In this document: one piece after another, positions 39,480-51,955 of the stretch
How the letters are laid out: each line of letters opens with the position of its first letter
Numbering within the stretch: the first letter of the stretch is position 1
DNA from: Squalus acanthias
Lineage: Eukaryota
DNA: 64,000 nt
NCBI GenBank assembly: GCA_030390025.1
Contig: CM059432.1
Coordinates: forward strand, 75,270,001 to 75,334,000
Reading direction: 5' to 3'
Made by a program: the position numbers and the translations under genes
The notes under the pieces: generated by a model
The model's input: the letters and a program-made list of their open reading frames with translations, nothing else
Database searches by the model: none
What the model was told of the DNA's origin: nothing

Positions 39480-39882
39480 TATTAAACATATTTGGCAAGG
39501 AGCAGCCCCGCCCAGCGCGTCCTGACGAGTCACGTTTCAGAAAATCCCACCAACTCAATTCAACTTTCTCTGACCCAGCCCATTAACCCTGGCCATCCCA
39601 TCTTTCCCTTTCATATTAAAGCTTCTCCGGCAAGTGATCGGATCGAGCTTCGCAATCGCACAGCAAGAACAGAGAAAAGAGACTTCGCATCCGTCCCGTT
39701 CCGAGCGCTGTTGGATTGTACCAGCTTCTCTGTATTTATTCTCCATTATCTGTGCCGTGTATATGGAGTGTCAGCTTACAACAGCCTCTTCATTCTGTTG
39801 ATCAGACTCGCTGGTTCCGATTCAGCCGGTGTAGGGAAAACCCCCATCAGATTCTTCCTCCAAGACTTTTCCTCTGGCTGGA
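39480..39882 (+). promoter_or_regulatory. Putative NKAIN promoter and 5' UTR
   Basis: Lies in a CpG-retaining region with no recognisable TE (about 39000-41000). GC box GCCCCGCCC at 39505-39513, bZIP-like TGACGAGTCA at 39523-39532, TATA-like TATTAAA at 39614-39620, directly upstream of the exon. The TSS cannot be determined. Confidence 0.6.
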
Positions 39883-39936
39883 ATGGGTTGCTGCACAGGT
39901 CGATGTACTTTAATATTCCTCTGTACTTTACAGCTG
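39883..39936 (+). CDS. NKAIN3: First coding exon of an Na+/K+-ATPase-interacting protein (NKAIN family, best match NKAIN3)
   Basis: ggaATGG in strong Kozak context. 18 codons MGCCTGRCTLIFLCTLQL, then a perfect phase-0 donor GTGAGT at 39937. Matches the recalled NKAIN N-terminus (human NKAIN3 MGCCTGRCSLICLCALQL) and the 54-nt first coding exon. The paralog assignment is less certain than the family. Too short to appear in the ORF track. Confidence 0.9.
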
Positions 39937-42900
39937 GTGAGTATTACACCCCGACCCATTGCACTTGGTTAGTATGTGATCATCGCTTAAAAGCGATCTG
40001 GGGACGTTTGGGGTTCCCACTACTGAAGGGATTTAAGTATTTTAGACTTATTAGCGGCAAAGAAAAATAAACACAAAGGATTGTTTGTTTAAATCTGTAC
40101 CAGTGCTTCCTGAGTACACGGAGGGATCGAGTGTGCCACTTGGGTAATAAATATATTTGATGCAATCCGATGTTTGATAAGTTCAATCCTGCCTTGAATG
40201 TTGGTGCACAGCAATGTTAAACGACAATAAATGACAGCACACCTGGTTTCAGATGTGTATCTGCAGTAACCTAACGCCTCCTACACCAAATACCTTTCTC
40301 AGGGTGTCTTTCTTTTGGTCTCTCGGTCCTACCATCTCTTTGTTGTATTTAATCGCGGTCTGTTTGGTTGTTGTCTGTGTGGTGTGAAGATGGAATACAA
40401 ATCGTGCTTGTTTTCCATCGCTCTTTTGCATTTGATATCGGTGCTTTGAAAGGCGCTGACAGTTCAGTTTGTATTGCTCTGCTGCCGTTCAACTATTGTT
40501 TTTGGATTAACATCGTGGGGTTCTTGCAATCTCCTTTCTGACATCACCTAAACCCACCAGTATACTGGCAATGACCGGCAAACTGTTGGCGTCAAACCTC
40601 ACATCAGCATCATGGAGACAAATATACGGAGCTCTACATTGACCAGCCTGTGCTCGTTTCTGAGATGAGGCGACCGGGAGTCACAAACGTGGTCAGGGAA
40701 CCGAGTGTTGGGAATCAGCGGTCTCACGGCACATTTTGAGCACTAGATAATCTCACTAGACGTAAATGATTGTTCTTTGACTACAATCATTAAACAAGGC
40801 GGATACACCCTGAAGTGAAATTATCTTTTCAACATATTTGTTGCCGAAATCGGTTTGGTTCTTGTGTGTGTGTGTTTTTAAATCGGATCCTGTAAGCTGT
40901 ACTGTGAATTCAAATAACATCTATTTTTGTATGCTTGGTCATTTTCGTAGTGTACATCGTTGAAGCACTAAGTGCACCGAGCGACATAGTAACAGAACAA
41001 ACGTATGCTCTGTGCAGAAAGAACACTTTTTCGGAAACAGAGAATTAAAATGGAATCATTGTTGGCTAAATAATGTGTTAGATGCAGGATGCTTGCCACC
41101 GTATTGATTTTTAAGGAGAGGAAGCATCTGGCTATTCGTGAATAAAATGAAACAGAACTGGATGGATAATGCAACTGACAAAGGCAGTGATTGCATGCCG
41201 AATGCCTGCTGGTGTGAGCACTGAAAGCAGGTGCAGTGCTGCCCTGCTAATGTATTTTGCACCTGGGATGTTCAGACCAAAAGTGCATAATGATTTTTAA
41301 GCGTTTGTACCATAGCAATCTGACGCTCAGTTATATATATTTTCGTCTGAATAAATATTTAGAAAAAGATTATATCCTTTACGTTTAAGAGAGATGGGAG
41401 CTGAATCCTGGCCCCTTTTTTGTTCGGTTATCTCTCTGACACAGGCTTCTAGTGAATATATTAGGATCTTATGAGCTGAGAAGTGAGCCGTTTCTAGACC
41501 GAACTGCCTGAAGCCCAGATTATTAATTGATTCTAATAGGTTTCTGAAACAATGGTACAATGACTAAGAGTGCAGCTCTATACAGGGATAAACCCAGCAA
41601 CATTATTAATATTTGAAAGTATAGGATAGGTTTGTATTATTGGTATGATATACAGGACTCAAAAGCTGACATTCTTCTACCTAAGCCGCTTGTCAAAATA
41701 TTAATATAAAAAATATAAATATAAATCCTTTTTCAACAGATACCATTGCCAAATGCTTTTTTTGGTGTCATTTTCTCTTTCCTCCCACCCCCTGTAATTT
41801 TAATTTCTAATCTCCTGAAGTTGCTGATTCATGCTGGGGTAAGTGCCTGTAGACGCCAACAGCCAACCTATACTTCACCCAAGTGACCATTCGTTACATG
41901 TGGCAGTCTACTCATCATGGGGAGCATCACAACTGAGCCCATTATGTCCTCACCTGCTGTCCTCACATGCAGCTTCCAGCAGGGAATCATGAATTGTAAT
42001 CACAAGTAGGAACCCTGGCTCATACTTTCTCCTCCCTATCTCAGAAGTACTTTGTAACCAATTGGTCCCCATTATCATCCAGGTTGAGATTAGCTAACAC
42101 AGCACAGACCAGAGGGGAACCTGATTTTTCTGATCAGTGTGGCTCAGTATCACATCATGTTCCTGTACTAATGCACTGAGCTGATTAGGAACCTCTGCCT
42201 TTTGTTTAAAATGGATTGGTTTTTACATTCTGTACATTTTATCATCCCTTTTATTTATAACCCACTTTGTGATTGGTAAATGTATTCCTATGGTGTCTTT
42301 AAAGCTTTTATTTTCCATTTATTGTCTCTGCCATGAACAGCTGTATTGGTGGCTGAATGACAGAGAGCTTTCAGGTGAAAGAGTTCATTTTTAATGTGGG
42401 ATTCAAATCTAATCACAGGAGACGTATATCTACTTTCACAAGCACTTCAAACCCACTGTGAGTGTGAGCTATTTAATAGTAACTAATGGAGAGCTAGGAA
42501 AGATTATGGTGATTTGAACACAGGTGAACTGACTAGGTTTATTTCAGGCACCTTGTCACAACTGATTGAATTACAATGCAAAAAAAAAAATGATTTTGAC
42601 ACAAATACATGTAATTTCTTTAAAGAGGGGTTTCACCATCACGATTCTATTTAGAAATTAGATAATGAATTCTAATTTCACTTTTGTTTCAGTCTTTCTG
42701 TTGTTTTCTTTTGCTGTGAGTGCTAATGCCATCATTGGGAAAGTGTCTTGGCAAGAAATATGACAAAGCTGAATTAATATTAAACTAGGAGAAGGGACTA
42801 GAAGGCATAGTGGGTTACAGTGCTGTATTTCCACTTTTGGACTTGGAAAGAAATTAAAATCATTTCCCCTTTGTACCAGTTATAAGGGTCTTGCGTGAAA

Positions 42901-44179
42901 TGAGGTTGTGGAGTCTCAACCCAGTTTCTTGTGGATGGAGCTCTAGAGCAGAAAATTATCCGCAAATTGTAATAAATCAACAGGTTTAAAATTTAGGACA
43001 TAAGGATGCCTGATTAGGGGTAATGCATGTTGTTTAGGCTGAGAACTTTTCTTTACATCTAGCCAGTGCTTTGCTTTATTTGTCTTGTTTTTGGCTCTAA
43101 GGATCTGAGTGGTAAAATGTTCCATTATTCAGCATGGACATCCTTTACCTTGATGAATATTTATGTGTTGAAATCATATTAGGTCTTATAAACTATTTAA
43201 TATCTTTGTTAAAATAACAACTAGAAAAAAATAATTTGAATATATTAATGTGTTTGTGTGCTAAAACTGCATAGTGTCATTTCACCCGGTTTAGAGGCTA
43301 TTATTTCATCTATGTACATTAATTTATTTCTGCTCCACCATAGATCTCAATAACTCTGCCAATTCAGTTCTTTGTTGATGTTGTTGGCACTACTTATTAA
43401 ACAAAAAATATTTCTTTAAAAAATCGGTGCCAATAGATGTCCCTGCAAGTGATGGTAACATACATTGGTCTTTCTTAAGTATTTATTTTAAAACTGTTGT
43501 TGATGGTGACACTCTGCAGGTATTATAGTTGTTTGTTGCTTTCACATAAGTTTGAATGGTATAGCTGTAGCTGAATGCTACAGCTATGGTGGATCCAGAA
43601 TATAACAGGCAGAACTGAACTACAGCATTTCAGTTTGTGTGTGTGTAGGAACATTGATTCACAAGAGTCAATCAAAAATGTGACTGCTAAAGCAAACAAA
43701 CTGCATTGGTTGTAGTTTGTGTATATTGCTACATATTGATTTGAATTAAACTACCTTGGTGATACTGAGATGCATTCCAAAAGCACATAGAATTAACTTA
43801 ATCATACTTATCTGGGAGTCGTAACCAAGACAGTGTTGGTCACAATGCAAAATTAAACAGTGAAATAAGTTTTATATCTTACTTTTTCCTTTCATTTTCT
43901 GTACTGTTCTACCAAGAGGATAAATAGGTGACCCAAAATGTACCCAAGCCCCTGCTATACTGTTGTACACTTGGAATGTTGTGTCCAGTTTTGGTCCTTA
44001 CACCTTTTGGGGGATATTAAGCGGGAAAAATTCAGTTGGTTTGCGCCTCCCGTTAGCGCCTTAAGAGGGCGCTAATTGGGCAAAAAGCAACTAGCACCCG
44101 GGTGCGGCGATATCTGCGCCTCTCGCGAAATTGACCGGACATTACCGCCCCGATCTCCTGCACTGATTCGGGGCGTCGT

Positions 44180-45293
44180 CCTGCGCCAGCAGAATCGGAG
44201 GCCACAGAGACGCAGAGAGAGAGTGGCAATCATAGCCAGATGTAGGAGGGCCAACAGGCCTCTGTACAGGTGACCTTACCCTCCCAGGGTATTTCGCCAA
44301 CAATTCTCCTACATTAATATGTCTGAGGAGCAGTGTTTGCGAAGGCTGCGCTTCAGCAAGGAGGTGGTCACTGAGCTCTGCCACCTGCTGCAGCCAGATC
44401 TGCAGCCTCTACTGAGGACCAGGACGTCTCTGGCGGTGGCAGTGACGATCACAGTGGCTCTGAACTTTTATGCCACCGGCTCATTTCAATCAGCTACTGG
44501 GGACATCGCCAATATCTCCCAGTCCATTACTGCATCCGTCAGGTCACAAATCCGCTCTATAAAAGGAGATGAGAGTACATCTCTTTCCCCATGACCCGGA
44601 CCAAACAGCATGAACGCGCAATGGGCTTTGCGAGGATAGCGGGCTTCCCCATGGTGCAGGGCGCCATTGACTGCACGCATGTGGCATTGCGTGCTCCACA
44701 TGAGAATGCAGAGGATTTCCGCAACCGAAAGGGGTTCCATTCCTTAAACGTGCAGTTGGTCTGTGACCACAGACAGCTGATACTCGCTGTCAATGCCCAC
44801 TATCCTGGCAGCATTCATCCTGCGCCAGACTACTGTGGCAGAACTTTTCCAGGCACCGCATCACCCAGGTGGTTAGCTTCTCGGGGACAAAGGATATCCA
44901 CTGTGCACCTGGCTGATGACACTGCTCCGTATGCCCAACACCCCTGCTAAGCTGCGGTACAACGAGAGCCATCAAGCTACCAGGAACATCGCTGAGCACA
45001 CAATCGGTGTGCTGAAGCAACGGTTCCGCTGTCTGGACCACTCAGGAGGAGCCCTGCAGTACTCGCCTGAGCGAGTCTCCCTCTTCGTAGTTGTGTGCTG
45101 CATGCTGCATAACCTGGCAATCCTCAGGACCCAGCCAATGCCACCAGGCCTTGGAGCACCACCAGAGGAGGAGGAGGAAGAGGAGGAGGAAGAGGAGGAG
45201 GATGATCATCAGCAGCACCAAGGCGGGAGGGAGGCCCACAATGTAGAAACTGGAAGGGCCGTCCGTCAACGTCTGATAGCAAGCCGCTTCTAG
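44180..45293 (+). pseudogene. HARBI1-like DDE transposase, frameshifted, 5' end deleted
   Basis: [62 protein letters not shown] and CCMLHN, plus an acidic tail. Confidence 0.9.
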
Positions 45294-45604
45294 GCCCCTG
45301 CTGAGGAAATGGCTTCTGCCATTGAGAACAACATGAATGAAACCAACCCGCAACCCCTAAGCCGACCAAGGCAGTAATGATTCCAAAGACCAAATATGTA
45401 CATTTTGAATACAAAAACGTATTTATTTTACAAACTCTGTGTGTGTCATTTCCTCATGACAAACTCATAGAAAGAAACACAAAAAAACAGTCATTAACAT
45501 AACTGGTTCTCACAACCTGGAGATAATGTCCAAAACACTAAACAAAAGTTTGACCACGAACCTCGGCCTTTAATAAAAAAATGACCAACATTTTGTCACA
45601 CATC

Positions 45605-47478
45605 CTACTTTTTTCCCTTCGAGGGTGATCTCCTTCCCTTGCGCACTTCCCCCCTTCCCACCCTACTGCTCCTCCGTAATGGGACCCCAGTGGCTGCAGC
45701 AAGGCTGCTGGAAGGCTGCTGATTGTCAGAACCTGAGACTGCAGATGCCCTTGAAGGACGGCCTCAACCAGCTCTGGGCCTGGAGGGCCCGGCTGCAGAT
45801 TGCACCAACTCTGCATGGGCGGCAGCAGTCTGTCCTACAGGCAGTGGCAAGTGCAGTGGAGAAGTGACAGTGGTGGCAGCAGGAATGCTGTCATCTTGAG
45901 AGAGGACAGCAACTCCCTGCTCGACCGACACACTGGCACTCCCACGGGGCAGCACTTCAGCATCCAGAGCAATCTGCTGAAGCACAGATTGCTGGCCTGC
46001 TGTGGCGCGGTGAGAGCCCCGTGGAAATGTGTCCGAACCAGCGACAATGGCAGCAGTCAGTGCTCGTGTGGCCTCAATCTGAGTCTGCAGGAGAGCAGTC
46101 AGAGATGAGGTCATGGCAGCCAGTGACCTAATTGCAGCACTAAACATTTGCGTGGCATCCGCCTGTGCGACAGCGAAGTGCTCCACATTCCTTGCCAGTG
46201 ATTCAATGTATTCGGGCACCCTTCCCACTGCACCCATGAGCTCAGTGTGCATGTCCACCGGCTGGGTGTTCATTTCAGCGATGAGCCGCTCCTCCTCTGC
46301 GTCCAGTGCAGTAGGACTCGCTGGCATACTCTCCCTCCGGGGAGAAGGCCCCCGAGCTTCCCTACCCCCATCGCATTGCTGCAGCCCGCTGGGTCCTGGA
46401 GCTTCACCCTCATCAGACCCTTCCCCCCTGCTCCCCTCCAGGGAAGGCGTGTTCCCAGTGTGGGCATGGGCTTCCTCGGGAGAGGGTGGCGCTGATGCTC
46501 CGGCTTCATCTTCCTCCTCGCCTGCAGCTTCACTCCCACTGGCAGCTTGAGGGCCCGTCTCCTCAGCTGGTGAATCACCATCTGAAAGCAGGGAGGTACA
46601 AGAGTGGCTTTAGTGTGATGACAGGGTGGCAGTAAGGGAGGAATGAGTGCAGCGATTTAGTAAGTTGGATTAAAAGTGTCAAAGGCTGGTGTTGTGAGGG
46701 ACAAGTGGAAGGAGAGAAGACAAAAAGGTGATGATCTTTCCATTGCTGTCCAGAACGGGGTCGGCGTCTCCAGTGGCGACGGGACTGATCACCCGGCTTG
46801 CCACGATCCTCTGGACGCGCGCCTCAAGATCGCTGAGGGGTTGCAGCTGAGGCCGCTCTCCACCCGTCCGTTGCTGTTGTCTCCTATTATGAGATAGCTT
46901 GGCCTGCAAGAAAAAGGACGGCGTCTGAGTAAATATACAGCCATGGTCTTGCCTGATGTGCCTCCCATAGGTGAATAGCCCTTACTGTATGCAGCCATGG
47001 TCTTGCCTGATGTGCCTCCCATAGGTGAATAGCCCTTACTGTATGCAGCCATGGTCTTGCCTGATGTGCCTCCCATAGGTGAATAACCATTACTTTATGC
47101 AAAGTGTGGAATGTGCATGTGTGTTTCATGAGAGGGCCATTGGTGTTGGATGAGTGTTGTGCATTGGGGTTTTAAGACCCTCTGGCCATAGAGTGAGGTT
47201 GAGATGGAGGGATGGAGAGGTATTGAAAAAAAGCCACTCACCCTGACGACCCGAGTGAGGTAGTTGAACTTTTTTCTACATTGTATATGGGTCCTGGGCA
47301 CCATGCTCCTGGAGGAGACGTTCTGAGCCACCTCCCTCCACACTCTTCTGTACTCGCGCGGCAAAGGCCTCCTGCCACTCTCTGGGTACAGTATTGATCT
47401 TCTGCGCTCCACCGTGCCAACCAGAGCCTCCAAGACCCGCTCCCTGAAGCGCTGTGATCGCTCCCTGGCCCTCTCCAT
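45605..47478 (-). pseudogene. Myb/SANT-like gene of element D (exons 47478-47242, 46903-46741, 46581 to about 45605)
   Basis: Paralogous to the gene in C. The intron-2 donor is mutated from GT to GA, and exon 3 has a frameshift and a premature TGA at 45764. Confidence 0.85.
46938..47099. repeat. 54-bp tandem repeat, three copies (two copies in element C at 16972-17075)
   Basis: Unit CAGCCATGGTCTTGCCTGATGTGCCTCCCATAGGTGAATAGCCCTTACTGTATG starts at 46938, 46992 and 47046. Confidence 0.92.
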
Positions 47479-48676
47479 AGTCCTTGGCTGCAAGATTTAG
47501 CCACAGTTCTCTCCAGGCCAAGATTCAAGTCTCCAATGAGCAGGGTGTGGCTGGAGAGCAAGATCAAGCCTCCCCTTTAAGAACTGGTCGGCGCCAGTGT
47601 GTCTGTGTTCCATTGCTAACTGACAGCACCTGCGCTGCGCCCGCGCTCTGAGTTAGCGCCTCGCTCCTCGGCCTTTGCGCCTTAAGACAGGTGTGTAGCG
47701 CCTGATTTAGCGCTCCAATCAACTTCAGGGGCAATAAAAGCCAAGTTTGCAGTCGGAGGCGATAATTAGCGTCAGGCGCTAAACTTTGCGCACGGCCGAT
47801 AATCGCGCCCCAAACGGGGCGATACTGAATTTTTCCCCCTAATGCTCTTGAGAAGGTCCAGAGGAGGGTGACCTAAATGGTATCCAATCATATGGCTCTT
47901 AGTCCCAACTGTGGAGCTTATTATGGTAAATATATTCATTAGAAAATTGCAAGATTAGGTATGCCTGAGGAAGAATTTACATAGAATTACACAAAATATA
48001 CAGCACAGAAAGAGGCCATTCGGCCCAACTAGTCTGTGCTGGTGTTTATACTCCACACGGGTCTCATCCCATTCCATCTACCTCATCTCAGCCTTTCAGC
48101 GTATCTTTCTATCCCTTTTTCTCTCATGTACTCATTTAGTTTCCTTCTGAAAGCATCTAAGCTATTTGCCTCAACCACTTCCTGTGGTAGCAAGTTCCAC
48201 ATTCTAACCATTCTCTGAGTAAAGAAATTTCTCCTTATTTCCCTATTGGATTTATTATTAACTATCTTGTATTTATGGTCCCTAGTTTTGGATTCCCCCA
48301 CAAGTGGAAACATTCTCTCCACATCTACCCTGTCCAACCCATTCATAATTTTAAAGACCCCTATCAGGTCTCCTCTAGGTCTTCTCTTTTCTAAAGAAAA
48401 AGGCCCCAACCTGTTCAATCATTCCTGATAGGTATAATTTCTCAGTTCTGGTACCACCCTTGTGAATCTTCTTTGCATTTTCTCTAGTGCTTCTATGTCC
48501 TTTTATAGTATGGAGACCAGAACTGTGCACAATACTCTAAGTGTGTAGAAAATTGCAGGGTCCTATACAGTTATAACATAACTTCACGACTTTTGAATTC
48601 CTGCGATGCTACTTTTGATGATTTGATCACCTGTATCCCTAGATCCCTTTGTTCTTATACCCTAATCAGTGTCTTA

Positions 48677-50772
48677 GGGCTGGATTTTACCAACCTCGGC
48701 GGGTCGGTGGTGGGCGGGGTCAGTGGCGAGTCCCGACCCCGCTTCTGGCTCCAGCCCGCTGTCCAAAATGATTTCCCCCTGATTGGGCTTGTTAAGTCTG
48801 CCCAGCGAGTTTGCCGGCCAATTGAAGAACATAAGAACATAAGAAATAGGAGCAGGAATAGGCCACTTGGCCCCTCGAGCCTGCTCCGCCATTCAATAAG
48901 ATCATGGCTGATCTTGGGCTCAAAGCCACTTCCCAGCCCGCTCCCCATAACCCTTCACTCCCTTATCTTGTAAAAATCTGTCTATCTCCACCTTAAATGT
49001 ATTTAATGACCCAGCCTCCACGGCTCTCTGGGGCAGAGAATTCCACAGATTTACAACCCTCTGAGAGAAGAAATTCCTCCTCATCTCAGTTCTAAAAGGG
49101 CGACCCTTTATTCTGAAACTATGCCCCCGAGTTCTAGATTTCCCCATGAGGGGAAACATCCTCTCTGCATCTACCTTGTTGAGCCCCCTCAGTATCTGAT
49201 ATGTTTCAATATAGGAAGTGGGTCTGATGATGCCATTTGATGACGCGTCATCAGCCGGTTTCCTTAAAGGGACCATGCGCAAATTTACTTTGACAGTTGT
49301 GCTGTCAGTGTTCTACAGCATTGAGTTGCTGCAAACACTGACAAGCACTGCACAGAGGTGCACGGCTGCACCCAGGCTCTCCCATGCTTATGGAGGGAGT
49401 CACAGCACGCAGGGAGGTTCTCTTCCTTTCCAATGGGCAGAAGAGACCTCCCCAGGAGATCAACACAGCCTGGTTGCACATTGCACAGGAGGACACAAGC
49501 AGTGGCGCAAACCTTTCAATGATCTCAGTAGATCATGAAACGTTACTGCAAATCCATACCCAACCTCACCCTGCTGTGCCACTCATCACATCCCCGTCAC
49601 TCTGCCTTCCATACCCTACTCCTGCACATCCTTACTCACACCAACTTACCTTGCACCTCCACCCATCCCTCTCTATCTACATTATCACTTCTACCCCTCA
49701 CACTCACCCTCATCCTAGTCCAATCATACCAACTAACAACACACAATGGGTGGGCACTTTTGTGTTTTAGCCAATGTTCATGTGAAGTTTCTGTTCATGT
49801 GCTGTCAAACATTGACATCTATATTTTCAACACTTTGCATTCTTGGACAGATTTCTGTGCACCTTTGGAAGTGTCTTAGTGAGTCGCAGTGAATGGCAAG
49901 ACATAACGGTACCCCTGCAATGGTCATGAGTGTGAAACGAATGGCTTGTGCTTTGTAGGAATTCTTTATGGTGTTACTGTGGGGTGGTGCCAACCTGGCG
50001 CATCATGTGGCAGCCAGGGTGTACAGCATCAAGTGAAGTAAATCTGGCCATGGTGAGGCCATTCCTGGAATCCCAGGCAGCAATGTGGTCGGGTGCTGAT
50101 GCCCTGTGTCCTGTGCAGCATCAGTTGATTGCGGAGAAGGTTGGTGTTGTTGTTGGTGCTGCTGGTGTACCTGGTGCTGCTGGTGTTGGGGCTGATCGTG
50201 GTGGGATTCTGAGGACCAAGGTGAGATAGTTTCAAGGGCACCGATGCTGATGTAATAGATGGCAGGTGAACTTGAGATGACAGAAGCGATCTGTCAATGG
50301 TGAGAGAGGTTGTTCCAATGAGTTGACACTGGATAGAGAGTTTACTCCAAACGCTTGCAACCTACATAAAGCTCAATCAATGCAGTAGGCAACAGCTTCT
50401 GAGCTTGGAAAGTGAACAGCTGTGAGATGGGAGCTTTTGTAGCACATTTGCAGCTGTCAAGTAATGAGGTGATTCCATGGTCATACAACTCCCAACCTGC
50501 TTACCTGACGTGATCCCCGAGTAGCGTGGACCCCGTGGGCAACCTCGTAAAATGTAAAGGTGAGCTCAAAATACTTCTTAATGGGCTGTTAATAACATCA
50601 CAATGACCTGAATTGCCTCCCCCGTCACTGTGTGTCGGGTCTGTTCAGCGCTGACAGACCCGACATCTGGGAAAGGCGCGTGGTGGGGGGTTGGCAGCTG
50701 GGTCCCGACCCACTGTCAAAAAAAAACATTTTCGCACCCGACCCACCACTGACTCCCTGAAAAATTCCCCCC
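48677..50772. mobile_element. Non-autonomous Harbinger derivative (family A, copy 2)
   Basis: Ends GGGCTGGATTTT / AAAATTCCCCCC with a TTA TSD (48674-48676, 50773-50775). Reverse complement of 3055-4795. Confidence 0.88.
48826..49212 (-). mobile_element. CR1 3' end nested in the Harbinger derivative
   Basis: Tail (AAGAACAT)n and IETYQILRG...VVNLWNSLP; absent from copy 1. Confidence 0.88.
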
Positions 50773-51387
50773 TTATTTTCTAAGGTGTCGGTGATGTTTC
50801 TATATTTCCTACCAAAGTACATCACCTCACATTGATCAATGTTAAAGTTCATTTGCCACTTAGCTGCCCAGTCTGCAAATTTTATGTTGCATTCTTCCTC
50901 AGTGTTAGCTATACCTCTCCATTTTGGTGCCATCTGCAAATTTTGATATTGAGTTACTTTTTCCTAAGTCCAAAGCATTAATGTAAATTATAAATAACAG
51001 TGGCCCTAGCACTGATCATTGTGGAACACCGCTTTCTACCTTCTTCCAATCTGAATAACTACCCTTTACCTCTACTCTCTACTTTCTATTTTTTAGCCAA
51101 TTTGCAATCCATTCAGCTATTTGTCTCCTGGCTCTACATGCCCTAACTGTTGTCATGAGCCTACTGTGTGGTAACTTATGGAAGGTCTTTTGAAAATCCA
51201 AATATATGACATCTACTACATTACCCTTGTCTACCTCTTCAAAGAATTCTATCAGGTTAGTTAAGCATGACTCAACCTTTTGGAATCCCAATTTAGTGCC
51301 TTTCATGTCCTCAGGACATTCCAAAGTGCTTCATAGTCAATTAAGTACTTTTGAACTGTAATCACTGTTTATGCTGTAGCTATACAA

Positions 51388-51955
51388 AACCCTGGTTACA
51401 CCACACATGGAGTACTGTGAACAGTTCTGGGCACCACACCTTAGGAAGGATATATTGGCATTGGAGGGAGTGCAGCGTAGGTTTACCAGAATGATACCCG
51501 GACTTCAAGGGTTAGGTTACGAGGAGAGATTACACAAATTAGGGTTGTATTCCCTAGAATTTAGAAGGTTAAGGGGTGATTTGATTGAAGTTTTCAAGAT
51601 ATTAAGGGTAACAGTTAGGGTAGATAGAGAGAACCTATTTCCACTGGTTGGGGATTCTAGGACTAGGGGGCATAGTCTAAAAATTAGAGCCAGACCTTTC
51701 AGGAGTAAAATTAAGAAACACTTCTACACACAAAGGGTGGTAGAAGTTTGGAACTCTCTTGCGCAAATGGCAATTGATGCTAGATCAATTGTTAATTTTA
51801 TTTCTGAGATTGATAGTTTTTGTTAACCAAAGGTATTAAGGGATATGGGCCAAAGGCAGGTATATGGAGTTAGGTCGCAGATCAACAATGATCTCATTAA
51901 ATGGCGGAACAGGCTTGAGGGGCTGAATGGCCTACTCCTGTTCCTACGTTCCTAA
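51388..51955 (+). mobile_element. CR1 LINE 3' fragment
   Basis: ORF 51407-51826 (EYCEQFWAP...GLYSLEFRRLRGDLIE); tail TTCCTACGTTCCTA. Confidence 0.9.

Larger units (their letters stand above)
44021..47839. mobile_element. Harbinger element D, both genes decayed
   Basis: Ends GCGGGAAAAATTCAG / CTGAATTTTTCCCCC with a canonical TAA TSD. Inserted in a decayed CR1 (VQFWS...ALEKVQRR). Confidence 0.92.
47980..51285 (-). mobile_element. CR1 LINE split by a Harbinger derivative
   Basis: CR1 coding pieces at 48083-48418, 50775-50939 and 51079-51285 join across the TTA TSD. Confidence 0.85.

Noticed and set aside
39492..40070. 192-aa ORF over the promoter
   Set aside because: No true ATG start and no recognisable family. 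It overlaps the real NKAIN exon in a different frame and runs through the splice donor.
40603..40620. RE1/REST-like site ATCAGCATCATGGAGACA in intron 1
   Set aside because: Mismatches at core positions in both half-sites; cannot be supported without a PWM score.
43561..43587. 11-bp perfect hairpin
   Set aside because: Too short to distinguish from chance or a local duplication, with no supporting context.
44180..45293. Host HARBI1 gene
   Set aside because: Frameshifted, inside TIRs and a TSD, and paired with a Myb gene, so it is a transposon copy.
46938..47099. CRISPR-like array
   Set aside because: Head-to-tail units with no unique spacers, in a eukaryotic context.
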